A stretch of 45,079 nt of DNA from an uncultured Polaribacter sp. Lineage in GTDB: Bacteria > Bacteroidota > Bacteroidia > Flavobacteriales > Flavobacteriaceae. Each line of letters opens with the position of its first letter. Position 1 is the first letter of the stretch. Below are positions 31,121-42,100 of this stretch, piece after piece. Where the stretch lies: assembly GCA_964410075.1 (NCBI GenBank), contig CAYPHE010000002.1:1-45079 (forward strand), given 5' to 3'. Position numbers and translations under genes: made by a program. The notes under the pieces are model-generated. The model was given only the letters and a program-made list of their open reading frames with translations, searched no databases and had not been told where the DNA came from.

Positions 31121-31969
31121 TTATCTTACAAACAGTTTTTTAGAAGCTAAACTTCCATTGCTGTCTTTAATTTTAACCATATACATTCCAGTAGATAAAG
31201 AAGAAATATCAAATTGATTAACTCCAGTTTTAAATACATTTACTTGTTTACCTAAAATATTATAAACAGAAACACTATCTATTGTAACTCCATTAACAGT
31301 ACTTACTTTAAATGTGTTTTTTGCTGGATTAGGAAATAACGATACGTTATTTTCTAGTTTAAAATTTGATGTACTTAAAGCAGGTAAAGGATTCTCGTCC
31401 AAAATTTGAACTTCGTCAATATATCCTATTGCATCTGTATCGTTAAGTACTCTTCCTACAGGGTCATTTTCAAACCCCATATCTGGATGAAAAGTAATTC
31501 TAAATAACGTACCTAGTGTAAAAGCTGTTGCTTCTGGCCCATCTTTTACCTCAAAAATTATCTGCTGCCACTGATTAAAATCTGTGTAACTGTTTAAAGC
31601 TCTTACAATTTTAGTTCCATTAGAATCATCAGCAGTAGCATCTAAACGAACACCTAAATCCGCCTGTGCAGGAAGGTGAACCATCATACTAATAAATTTT
31701 GTTTCAGTATCAGAAATTGCTATATCTGCTACATCTATTCCCTGAAATATCCACCACTGAACATCTGCTGTTCTTTTAATTTCAAGACAATTAGCGGTTG
31801 TATTAGCTCCGGTTGGATTAGGATTTGCTACAACACTAGTTGCTATAGTACCTCCAACATTCAATAAACCTGTATCCCCAGATTCAAAGTCGTTAACCAT
31901 AGTTTGCCCAAAAACCAAACTAGAAGAACCTAACAACATTAAAAGTAAAAAAGTAATTTTTTGTTTCAT
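31121..31969 (-). CDS. Small T9SS type A secreted protein with an uncharacterised CBM-like domain
   Basis: Signal peptide ending VFG|Q; DFES, ANPNPTGANTT, YIDEV; LFPNP..YNILG..LSTGMYMVKI..KKLFVR sorting domain. Confidence 0.82.
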   Translation of the reverse strand: MKQKITFLLLMLLGSSSLVFGQTMVNDFESGDTGLLNVGGTIATSVVANPNPTGANTTANCLEIKRTADVQWWIFQGIDVADIAISDTETKFISMMVHLPAQADLGVRLDATADDSNGTKIVRALNSYTDFNQWQQIIFEVKDGPEATAFTLGTLFRITFHPDMGFENDPVGRVLNDTDAIGYIDEVQILDENPLPALSTSNFKLENNVSLFPNPAKNTFKVSTVNGVTIDSVSVYNILGKQVNVFKTGVNQFDISSLSTGMYMVKIKDSNGSLASKKLFVR

Positions 31970-31998
31970 AAATTTAAATTTTAGTTAATTTTTAGCTA

Positions 31999-32065
31999 TA
32001 AAATTAGTCGATTTTATTAAAACATAAATGGACTAACATCTTCAAAACATAGACAAAAACACTTT
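31999..32065 (-). promoter_or_regulatory. Internal promoter (-7 variant TAATTTTA) with tandem 21-bp operator
   Basis: aaacatagacaaaaacacttt (32045-32065) is 18/21 identical to 18366-18386; degenerate partner at 32024-32044; offsets to the -7 box equal those at 18320. Confidence 0.62.
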
Positions 32066-32073
32066 CTAGATAG

Positions 32074-32955
32074 TTAATTCATTTTCCAAACTCTAATGTA
32101 ATCTACTTTAGCTTCTGTAAATTCTCCTATCTTTCTTTCTGAAAAATTGGTATTATCTGGCCCTCCAAAACTTGCTCCTGTAGACAACCACAAAAATTCC
32201 TCTACTTTAGGCACCCATATTCCTTGGTACCTTGTTTTAAATTCTCCATCATAATAAATTTCCAATTTATCTTCATTCCACAACAACCCAAAAGTATGGT
32301 AACCAGAATGTAACCCTGGAGCATCCCATCTTCTTGTATTTGCTTTATGATCTTTACCATAGCCATCTACATGAATAACACTTTTTGTATAATCACCAAT
32401 CCAAGCAGACTCAAAAACATCTATTTCTGCACCATCATTACCAGTACCATCTACATTACCCATATTTTCTCCTTGTAACCACAATGCAGTATGTGTTCCT
32501 AAAAAAGTTTCTGCGATATCTATTTTAGCTTCTATATAACCGTAAGTAAATTCAAATTTTTGAAACGTATAAACACCTCCACAATGCATAACATCTTCAC
32601 CAACTTTTTCACTTTTTAAAATTAAGTTACCATCTCTGTAACTTACATTTTCTGGTTTCCAAAACCATTGGTTTATCCCTACATTAGTTCTAGGATTTCT
32701 GCTTCTACCAGAATTATTAATTGTCCATTTTGTAGGTTCATGTTTGTCAAAATTATCTTCGAACATCATTGTCCAGCCACTTGTATTTACTGAATTTAAA
32801 AGAGGTTTAGTAGCAACTACATTATTATCATCTAAGTCATTAAATTGCTCATCGTCTGCAGAAGTACTTTTATCTTCTGTGCAAGAAAAAAATACAAAAG
32901 CTAATAAAAAAGTTGCTATTAAAAGTATTCTATTTTTTAAATGATTCTTATACAT
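32074..32955 (-). CDS. Glycoside hydrolase family 16 lipoprotein
   Basis: Lipobox FFSC-TEDK; WTMMFEDNF, YGYIEA, ALWL, catalytic EIDVFE, HTFGLLW, VDYIRVW. Confidence 0.92.
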   Translation of the reverse strand: MYKNHLKNRILLIATFLLAFVFFSCTEDKSTSADDEQFNDLDDNNVVATKPLLNSVNTSGWTMMFEDNFDKHEPTKWTINNSGRSRNPRTNVGINQWFWKPENVSYRDGNLILKSEKVGEDVMHCGGVYTFQKFEFTYGYIEAKIDIAETFLGTHTALWLQGENMGNVDGTGNDGAEIDVFESAWIGDYTKSVIHVDGYGKDHKANTRRWDAPGLHSGYHTFGLLWNEDKLEIYYDGEFKTRYQGIWVPKVEEFLWLSTGASFGGPDNTNFSERKIGEFTEAKVDYIRVWKMN

Positions 32956-32978
32956 GGTGTTATTTTTTAAATTTAATT

Positions 32979-35768
32979 TTATTTATATATATCTTTTGCT
33001 GAGAAGCCAGACTGCTTCCCTTTTACAACTAAAGATTTGATATCTTTTATACTAATGGTACTCGTTGGTTTAAAATCAGTGCTTTTCATATACTCTAAAA
33101 CACTATGTTTTAATTGCCTAGCAACAGGTCTTTCATTTAATTTTGAATGTAAATCTATTGATGAGAAAACCAATTGTCCATTACCCACTTTTGCTTCAAA
33201 CAAATTGGTTAAATGATGATTTGTAACAAAATTATCAATAACTCTAACTAAAGGTTTTGTAGCAATTGAATCTACAATTACCGATTTCGAATTGATGCAT
33301 AAATCCCACCACTGCCAGTTGGTATGAGAATCTGTTGGAAACTTTTTAAATGCTGGATGTTTTTCATCTAACAAAACTCCCATTGTTGCTGGTTGATTAG
33401 GAAAGTGAACTGGACTCCAAAACACAGGTACAAAACGCCCCGTAATACCTTTTAAAGATTTTGGATCAGGATTTAAAAATACTTTTTTACCATTTTTTAA
33501 CGCTTTTTCTGCTGTAGCTATTGAGGTGGTAAACACTATGTTTTTATCAGTTGTAGATACATTTTTAGGATACACCCAAATATTCCAACTATTCTTGTAT
33601 TTGGTATCTTTTACACTAACCGTAATTGTTAATTTTTTAGCACTTTCAACATTAATATTATGGACTATTTTTCCTAAATCTGTATTATTACCTATGGCTA
33701 AATTGACTTCTGATAGAGTTCCTTTTTTCAATTCGTTATTAGCCTCATCTGTTATAGTCCAATCTATAGTTTGATTATCCAATTCTTTATAAAAATTAGC
33801 AATTTCTATAGTAGCTTCAAACAGCTCTCCATTTTCATATACCGCCTTTTCAAATCGAATTAACGGAACCAATTCGCTATTAAATTGGCTAAACTCTTCC
33901 GCAGAAATAACCCCTTTAGATTCCCAAAAAGCATTTAACAAACCTACCAAAGCTGTACCTTGTCCTGGAAAATCTTGTAATTGAAGCAATTGAAAACCAT
34001 CAAAACTTGGTGTTTTTAGAGCGCGTTCTATTTCTTCTTTGTACAAAAGTGCTGCTAATTTTCCTGAATTGTAAGTAAAATCTGGCGCTAAGTCTAACAA
34101 TCCTTTTTTCTCTAAATCGTTTTTTACAGCTATAAAATTTAACGGTTTTAGAACACCTGTATATTTTTCTATTTCACTCATATCTGGATAAACAGAATAC
34201 TGCCCTATTTCATGAGACACTAAAGGCATGTTTATATGAGCTGAGCCAGATGTATAATCTGCATCAAAATGCGGTGGTTTTGCATTAAAAATACCTTGAC
34301 CACGAATCCAGCCTTTTGCTGTCCACTGTGCTATAAAAAATTCATCTTCTTTCTCTGGTCTTGTACCTGTTGGTTGTTGAAAAGAAAATGCGGTTGTAGC
34401 ATATAAATGTCTGTTATCTTTTGGTTTTAAATCGGAAACCATTTCGTTTAAAACACTTATGTCTCCTTGTAGTTCGTTTCCTAAAGCCATAAATATAAAA
34501 GATGGATGATTCCCATAATCTTTTATCATCTTATCTGCTTCTTTTCTTAAAAAAGCTGTTGTCTTTTGGTCTTCTCCAACTTTTAAACTCCAATGCGGTA
34601 ATTCTACTTGCACATAAAATCCTGCTTCATCGGCAGCTTGAAATGCTGATTTTGGTGGACACCAAGAATGAAAGCGCAAATGATTTAAGCCATAAGCTTT
34701 TGCTTGTTTTATTAATGTTGCCCATTCTTTTTTTTCTGTTGGCGGATGACCTGTTAAAGGAAAAATTACGCACTCTAAGTTTCCTCTTAAGAAAATTCTA
34801 CGATCATTCAACAACAAATCTCCGTCTTTGCTACTTACAAATTTGTACCCGAATCTTGCGCCTGCTTTACCTGTATTGGTAATTACCTCTACATTGTACA
34901 ACATTGGGTTAAATTCGTCCCATAATTCTAAATTACTAGGTTTATCAACTTCTAATACAAACTGATTAGTTTCTATTTTAGAAACCATAACTTTATTGTT
35001 ATAAACCTCTATTCCATCAGTAGATTTTATAATTAATTTTACAGATTCTCCAACATCATTAGACTGATCAAATGTTATTTTTAATTTATTTAATTCGGCA
35101 TTTGGATAAATTTGAACATTCTCTGGAGTATTATTATCCGAGGCAACAAGTTGCATATCTCCTAAAATACCATTCCATTTTATTTGTGTATGATTGGTAT
35201 AGGCATGTGCCATATCTTGATTTACCTTATCTGGATACATTGTTCCAGCAACATTTATAAGTGGAAATTTGTTAGAATTATCAATACAAACAGTAAGTAA
35301 ATGTTTTCCAGGAGTTAAACTTTTAGTTAAATTATAATTATGACTGCCCACAAGGCTATTTGCAGAACCTATTAGATTACCGTCTACATAAACCGACGAT
35401 TCCCAAATGATACGCTCTAAACCTAACTGAATATTTTTATCTTTCCATGAAGCTGGTACTTCTATTTCTTTTTGATACCAAGCTTTACCAATGTATTGAT
35501 GTTTTCTAGTTAAATTAGACATCACATAATTGTTAATTGCAGGTTCTAAAGTGCTTGGTGTACCTATTGCTACATCATCTAAAGTATTTGGTAAATCTAT
35601 AGATGTTCCTACAAACTTATTAGATGCCCAATCTTCTGAATCTCCAATGTTTGTTGAATCTAATTTTACCTCCCATACTCCAGAAAGATCTATTTTACTA
35701 ACCTTAGAGGAACAAGAACTTAAAACAAATATTACTATTAAAATTGAAATGTGATGTATTTTTTTCAT
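32979..35768 (-). CDS. GH2-like glycoside hydrolase (non-LacZ clade), lipoprotein
   Basis: GKAWYQK, LERIIWES, RGNLEC.IFP, GLNHLRFHSWCPP, NHPSF..GNE, SHEIGQ, QDFPGQGTALVG; lipobox LSSC. Confidence 0.82.
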   Translation of the reverse strand: MKKIHHISILIVIFVLSSCSSKVSKIDLSGVWEVKLDSTNIGDSEDWASNKFVGTSIDLPNTLDDVAIGTPSTLEPAINNYVMSNLTRKHQYIGKAWYQKEIEVPASWKDKNIQLGLERIIWESSVYVDGNLIGSANSLVGSHNYNLTKSLTPGKHLLTVCIDNSNKFPLINVAGTMYPDKVNQDMAHAYTNHTQIKWNGILGDMQLVASDNNTPENVQIYPNAELNKLKITFDQSNDVGESVKLIIKSTDGIEVYNNKVMVSKIETNQFVLEVDKPSNLELWDEFNPMLYNVEVITNTGKAGARFGYKFVSSKDGDLLLNDRRIFLRGNLECVIFPLTGHPPTEKKEWATLIKQAKAYGLNHLRFHSWCPPKSAFQAADEAGFYVQVELPHWSLKVGEDQKTTAFLRKEADKMIKDYGNHPSFIFMALGNELQGDISVLNEMVSDLKPKDNRHLYATTAFSFQQPTGTRPEKEDEFFIAQWTAKGWIRGQGIFNAKPPHFDADYTSGSAHINMPLVSHEIGQYSVYPDMSEIEKYTGVLKPLNFIAVKNDLEKKGLLDLAPDFTYNSGKLAALLYKEEIERALKTPSFDGFQLLQLQDFPGQGTALVGLLNAFWESKGVISAEEFSQFNSELVPLIRFEKAVYENGELFEATIEIANFYKELDNQTIDWTITDEANNELKKGTLSEVNLAIGNNTDLGKIVHNINVESAKKLTITVSVKDTKYKNSWNIWVYPKNVSTTDKNIVFTTSIATAEKALKNGKKVFLNPDPKSLKGITGRFVPVFWSPVHFPNQPATMGVLLDEKHPAFKKFPTDSHTNWQWWDLCINSKSVIVDSIATKPLVRVIDNFVTNHHLTNLFEAKVGNGQLVFSSIDLHSKLNERPVARQLKHSVLEYMKSTDFKPTSTISIKDIKSLVVKGKQSGFSAKDIYK

Positions 35769-35794
35769 ACGATATTATGCTATTTTTCTATTTT

Positions 35795-37660
35795 TTAGAT
35801 AACCTTTAAATTCTCACTTCGCAAAAAATCTAAACATGCGCTTTTTACATGAGAATTTAGTTTAGGTCTCCTTATTAATGTATCAATAGTTGGTTTAAAA
35901 AAAGATTTATTTTTAAAATAAAGCATGTGATTAATTGCCATTAAAGACAGATGCCAATTTTTACTTTTGCTATAATCATTTAAAACTTCTGAAGCTTTTT
36001 TGTTATTAAATTTCTTATATAGTATTGCTGAAATAGTAATTTTAACAGGTTGATAGCCATCGCTTAAAGCATTATTTAACTCATCTTGATATTTTTTTAA
36101 CACCTCTTTATCTTGAGACATCAAACCAATACTTGCCCAGTATCTAACTAATCTATCTTTATGTTTTAAAAATTCTATTTGTTGTTTTGCAGCTGAAGGG
36201 TTTTGTATACCTGATAATGACGCTGCTTTGTAAAGTTCTTTAAAATTATAATCTTCTTGTAGACGATATTCATAAGATGTTTGCGCTTTAGAAATCTGAA
36301 CCATTTCGTACTCTGGCATAAACATAATGTCTTTAACTTTTAAAAGTTCATCATCCAGAAACTGTTTCATGTTTTTTAAAACAGATGCATACTTAGGGTT
36401 ATTAACTAAATTGTGTTCTTCCCAAATATCATTTTTAGTATCATATAAAACTTCGTGAGAGCGTTCTTTAAAAATGCGTGACTGAAAATTATTTAATTTC
36501 CCATCCTTCAAATCCATTCTCATGTGCTTTGTAATGTCTGCAATCTCTAAATAATTAATATATCGGACTTCAGGAATAAAAGGCATATAATTTCTCGAAT
36601 AAACAAACCTACCATCTGTTACACTTCTTACTAAATCTAAACCATTGTCAACTCTATCTGACGAAAGTACTTTGTAAACATCCTTTTTTATAGGTTTTTT
36701 AAGAAAGTTGTTTCCCTTCATGTATTCAGGGATTTTACCACCTAACAAACTTATCATACTTGGTGCTAAATCTTCGAAATTGATAAGTTCATCAGTCGAT
36801 TTTCCTATTTCCCAAGGTGACAAATGTTTATATTTTTCTGGAAACCATGCAATAAAAGGAACACGATATCCTAAGTTAATTCCGTTTGTTTTTGCTCTTG
36901 GAATGCCTTCTCCATGGTCTGCAAAAAAGAAAATAATTGTATTCTCTTTTAAATTATCATCTTCTAATTTTTGCAACAATTCCCCAATTCTATTATCCGT
37001 TAATTTTATAGAATTGTACACCCTTGCAAATTGTTTACGCATTTCTGGCGTATCATTGTAAAAAGGAGGCATATCAAAATCTTCATCAGAAATTTTATCT
37101 TCTTCTGATAAGTGATTCCATACGTGTTTTTTATACAAATCAAAAGACCAAGACATGGTTCTTGATTGATGAGATTCAGCAAAATTAAATACTGAAAAAA
37201 AGGGTTGATTAGGAGCTCTTTTAGACCAACTAGCCGTTTTAGAACTTTCGTTCCAAGCTTCTTTTACGAAAGCTTTTTCGTTGGCAATATTGTAATCTGT
37301 TTTAACATTATTAGACGTATAATATCCTTGTTGTTTTAAATAATAAGGAAAGCCTTTAATAAACTTAGGAATTGTATATTGACTTCTTTGATGACCAGTA
37401 CCCATTTTATAGGTTGAAACTCCGGTAATTATTGTAGACCTACTGGCTGAACATACTGTACCTGTAGAAAAAGCATTTGTAAATTGAACACCTTCTTTTG
37501 CTAGTTTATCTATAATCGGAGTACTAGCATTATCATTTCCATAACAACCTATAAACTGTGGAGAAGTATCTTCTATAGTTATCCAAAGGATATTTGGTTT
37601 ATCATGAGTTTTACACGATAAAATAATCAAAAAAAATGCTATGTAAAAAATACTCTTCAT
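35795..37660 (-). CDS. S1 family sulfatase (CxAxR variant) with C-terminal helical extension, lipoprotein
   Basis: PNILWITIED, CSASRSTIITG, ADHGEG, RVPFI; about 170 extra C-terminal residues with HEAT-like DRLVRYWASIGL; lipobox ILSC. Confidence 0.87.
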   Translation of the reverse strand: MKSIFYIAFFLIILSCKTHDKPNILWITIEDTSPQFIGCYGNDNASTPIIDKLAKEGVQFTNAFSTGTVCSASRSTIITGVSTYKMGTGHQRSQYTIPKFIKGFPYYLKQQGYYTSNNVKTDYNIANEKAFVKEAWNESSKTASWSKRAPNQPFFSVFNFAESHQSRTMSWSFDLYKKHVWNHLSEEDKISDEDFDMPPFYNDTPEMRKQFARVYNSIKLTDNRIGELLQKLEDDNLKENTIIFFFADHGEGIPRAKTNGINLGYRVPFIAWFPEKYKHLSPWEIGKSTDELINFEDLAPSMISLLGGKIPEYMKGNNFLKKPIKKDVYKVLSSDRVDNGLDLVRSVTDGRFVYSRNYMPFIPEVRYINYLEIADITKHMRMDLKDGKLNNFQSRIFKERSHEVLYDTKNDIWEEHNLVNNPKYASVLKNMKQFLDDELLKVKDIMFMPEYEMVQISKAQTSYEYRLQEDYNFKELYKAASLSGIQNPSAAKQQIEFLKHKDRLVRYWASIGLMSQDKEVLKKYQDELNNALSDGYQPVKITISAILYKKFNNKKASEVLNDYSKSKNWHLSLMAINHMLYFKNKSFFKPTIDTLIRRPKLNSHVKSACLDFLRSENLKVI

Positions 37661-37666
37661 AAGATA

Positions 37667-39178
37667 CTATTCTGACAAGATTTCTTTCAATTTATTTTGC
37701 ATTTTCGCAACAATATCTGGATTATCAATCGCAATATTTCTTTGCTCAGAAGGATCTTCATCTAGATTAAACAATTGCACTTCTTCTCTAAAACCTGGAT
37801 CTACATATTTTTGTACAATCCAATTTGGTACAGGCTTGTTTTTAGGCTTAATATATTTCCATTTTCCCATTCGTAAACCATAGGTATAAGCTTCTTCTAA
37901 TAAAAATTCGCGACCTTTATTAGATTTGCCTAACCAAGATTTTAAAAAATCTTGACTATCTGGAGCTGCACCTTTTTCAACATCTTGACCTACTAAACAC
38001 GCTAAAGATTTATACAAATCTACTTGAGTCAACAAAGCCGAACTTGTTCCTGGTTTAACCTTCTTTGGCCAATGTACAATAGTTGGCATTCGAGTACCTG
38101 CCTCGTAAACAGAATATTTACTCCCTCTATAAATTCCACCAGGTTTGTGATTGCCTACCAATTCTCTTGCATAATCTACGTAACCATCGTCTAAAATTGG
38201 TCCATTATCACTAGTAAAAATGATTAAGGTATTTTCTAAAAGATTGGCTTCTTTTAACGTTTTGGTAATCTGACCTACACACCAATCCATCTGAGCAATT
38301 ACATCTCCTCGAGGCCCCATAGTGCTACTTTCAACAAATTTTATATTTGCTATTCTTGGTTGATGAATATCATGTAAAGAAAAATATAAAAAGAATGGAT
38401 TCTCTTTCTGATCTTCTATAAAACCTTTGGCAGTTTTGGTTAATACATAAGGAAAATCTTCATCTACCCAAAGTGCATTTTTACCACCTTTCATATAACC
38501 AATTCTACTTATCCCATTAATTACAGCTCCTTGATGATAGGGATCTGTATGTTGTTTTAACAATTCCGGATGCTTAAAACCCCAAGGATATCCTTCTATT
38601 CTAGCACCATAACTTACCGTAATTGGATCGTTTACGTCTAAGCCTACAACTTTCTGATTTTCGAGAAAAATACAAGGTACTCTATCTCCTGTTGCGGGAA
38701 TAAGAAAGCTATAATCGAAACCAACTTCTTTAGGTCCTAATGGAATACGTTTATTCCAATCTATTTTTCCTTTTCCAAGACCCAAATGCCATTTACCAAC
38801 TACACCTGTTGTATAACCTGCCTTTTGCAACATTTTAGGTAAAGTTTCCTTTTTAGTATCTATAATTAGAGGTGCATCTCCTTCTAAAATTGCAGCATTA
38901 TTTCTAAACGCATAACTTCCTGTTAACAAAGCATAACGAGATGGTGTACAAGTTGCTGCCGCACAATGTGCATCTGTAAAATTTACTCCATTTTTAGCAA
39001 GCACGTCTATATTTGGAGTTTTTACACCAATAGCTCCATTAACTCCAATATCTCCAAACCCTAAATCATCAACATAAATTAGAACAATATTGGGTTTCTC
39101 TTTTTGGGAAAAAACACTGCTGTTAACTCCCAATAAAAAGAGAAAAATAATGGAGAAAAATGAGTTTTTAAAAGTCAT
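37667..39178 (-). CDS. S1 family sulfatase (Cys-type, S1_15-like)
   Basis: Signal peptide ending VFS|Q; PNIVLIYVDDLG, CTPSRYALLTG, GKWHLG, GFDYSFLIPATGDRVPC, SDNGP. Subfamily is tentative. Confidence 0.92.
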   Translation of the reverse strand: MTFKNSFFSIIFLFLLGVNSSVFSQKEKPNIVLIYVDDLGFGDIGVNGAIGVKTPNIDVLAKNGVNFTDAHCAAATCTPSRYALLTGSYAFRNNAAILEGDAPLIIDTKKETLPKMLQKAGYTTGVVGKWHLGLGKGKIDWNKRIPLGPKEVGFDYSFLIPATGDRVPCIFLENQKVVGLDVNDPITVSYGARIEGYPWGFKHPELLKQHTDPYHQGAVINGISRIGYMKGGKNALWVDEDFPYVLTKTAKGFIEDQKENPFFLYFSLHDIHQPRIANIKFVESSTMGPRGDVIAQMDWCVGQITKTLKEANLLENTLIIFTSDNGPILDDGYVDYARELVGNHKPGGIYRGSKYSVYEAGTRMPTIVHWPKKVKPGTSSALLTQVDLYKSLACLVGQDVEKGAAPDSQDFLKSWLGKSNKGREFLLEEAYTYGLRMGKWKYIKPKNKPVPNWIVQKYVDPGFREEVQLFNLDEDPSEQRNIAIDNPDIVAKMQNKLKEILSE

Positions 39179-39189
39179 AAATTTTTAGC

Positions 39190-42100
39190 TTAAGATACCA
39201 CACCTACCAATTGCGCATGAATATGTGCTGGTATGTGAGATAAATTAGTATGTTTTACTTTATCAAAAGCCTTTAAAGCTTCTGCGTCATTGTTCATCCC
39301 CAACTCTCCAAGACCTATTAAATAATTACAATGGATTTTATTGATAACATTTAAATCTTCTTCCCATATTAATAAATCTGGTAAAGAAATGGCAAAATAA
39401 TCTAGTTTTACATCATCTTTCATATGATCTTTACCATAGCTTAAAAGGTTCTTAAATCTTTTTTTAGCTTCTTTAGAGTTACCTAATTTCTGTAATGCTA
39501 ATCCTTGATAAAATATTTTATCTGGTTGCTGATCATTATAAAAAATTGCCGGACTAGGATCACTTAAACCTTTTGATGCTTTCTCAAAATATTCTTTTGC
39601 TTTGGCTGTATTCCCTAGACCTTCATGAGCGCAGCCCAACCAGTAATCAATATCATTTTCTACAGTACCGTGCAATTTACCTTCTCCTAAATTATGAGGA
39701 TATGTTTTAGCTGCTTCTAACAACTCAATTGCATAATCAAAGTTTTTTAAATTGATATTTTTCTTAGCCAATTCTGTATAGCATGTTAAATACTGAAATG
39801 GCACTTTACCTTCACCACCTTCCCAAGGATGGAATTGACGATTTTCTATCAGCTCTTTTGCTTTTTCAAAATCTCCTTTTAAGTTGTATAAAGAAATTCG
39901 CTCTAAATACAAATCGTCTCTAGAATTGGTTAAATCTATATATTGCTCTAAGAGAGACAAGCGTTTATCTATAGAAATATTAATTTTTTTATACAACTGA
40001 TCAAGTTCCATTAACAATCTAGCATCTGTATTATCTAACTCAAAAGCACTTTCTAAATGTTGTACAGCCAATTCTTTTTGATTGGTTTTGTTATAATACA
40101 ACAATGCCAAATTACGATGAATAATTGCAAAACGATCATCTAATTTTACTGATGTTTCCCAACATTCTTGAGCCTCAACATATTGTCTGTTAGCGTACCA
40201 AAAATTACCTAAATAGTAAAATGCTTTAGCATCAGAAGGGTTTGCTTTACATGCTGCTTGCAATGCCAAAACTTCTTCTATTTTATTTGGAAAACAGTAG
40301 ATATCTGGCATTTGAGAAGCCTGTTTGTACGCTTCTAACGCATTTGCATTATCTCCTTTTTGAGTAAAATACCATCCCATAAAATAATAAACCATAGGAT
40401 ATACTTTATCATTAGCGTCGGTGTGTACTCTTAATAATGAAATAGCTTCATTAAACTGACCAGCCATGGCATAATCTAAAGAAAATTCAATGTAATTGTG
40501 CGCATTGTTTCTTAAGATGTGTTTTAAAGTTGCTAAATCTTCTTGTTTGTTTGATAAAATATAACGCTCATATAAAACACCAAAATTAAATTTATCAATA
40601 GCTAAAGATTCTTTTATCAATTTATTAGCAGCTTCTATTTTACCTTGTTTTCTTAAAATAACAACTTTTAAATGTCTTGCCTTATGGTTGTGACAGTTTT
40701 TTATTAAAGCCCTGTCTACCAAATCTAAAGCTTTCTCTAAATCACCTCTAGAACAATCTATTTGAGCTAGATTAAAGTAACCTGCGTCTTGCCATTGTGC
40801 ATTCCAACACGCCTTAAAGAAACTTGCATAAGCCTCCTCTTTTTTTCCTAAGAAATTTAAAGCTAATCCTTTATTGAAATACGGTTCTCCATCATATGGA
40901 TTTGGATTATGACTCGTTAAGGTTTCAATAGCGGTATCAAAATAAGCAATAGATGTTTCTAATTGTCCTTTACGCATATGCCAAAGCCCCATTGCATTGT
41001 TACAACGCACATCTTTTGGCGCTCTTCTTAAAGCTTCTTCATAATAATCTGTGGCATTAAAAGTGGCATGTCTGTATTGCTCTAAGTGCAATCCTCTTAA
41101 ATACAAACCTTCTACAGTGTCTATATCTTTAGGATCTTTTGCAGCTTTAGCTGGTTCTGGTATTTCATCAGACAAATCTTTATCTGGTTCCCATGCTACT
41201 AATACTTTCCCCACACTATCATTAACTGATATTTGTAAATCATCAAACGTAAAATCATCTATATCTATGGCTTTTTCAAAGCCTATTGCTGGAGAAAGAT
41301 TTAAAACTTCGTCATATAACACTTTACTTCCTGCTTTTAGCGTAATTACACAATTATCGTAAGTTGATGTTACGTAAACTTTTACCAAAGCTTTACCATC
41401 TACCATTTCTAAATTTACCAGAGCTTCTTTTGTTGCATTTTTTACAACACCTACGTTATAGTAAGGCATAAAATACTGCTTAAAGCTTTTTTCTTCATAC
41501 GGATGCATCCAAGAAAAATCTGGCTGATTATCTGTATAAACACCACACATTAATTCAATATATGGTCCGTCTGTATCTGTTAAATTTCTGTCCCATGCTT
41601 TACCAAATTCTCCGTTACCCCAAGTCCATTGTTTTTTTCCTGGCGATACATTATGATCTGCAACGTGAAGTAATCCTCCTTTTGAATCGTTTTCATAACC
41701 TCCTACAAAATCGTATTTTGAGGTAATTGCCATATAACTAGTTGGCACAGGAATATTTTTATATCTAGAAATATCTGTTCCTGGTGAATAGTCTACTTTG
41801 TAATATTCCCCTTTTGCTATTGGAAATTCTGAAACGTCTCGTTTTCCATGATCAAAAACTGCATTTACATCTGGTGGAAATACCGACTGATAATGATCAT
41901 TTACGGCTACAGCAGGGTTTGCCCACCATAAAAACGTTTGTGGATGAGGCGTTCTGTTATACAAATGTGCCTTAATTTCAATATAAGCCTTATCTGGATG
42001 CAATGTAAAACCTGCCATACCTTTAGTACGGAACATACGCTCTAATTCGCTTACCCAAATCGTTTTACTGCCATCATCATTATCTTCTATATAAAAATCT

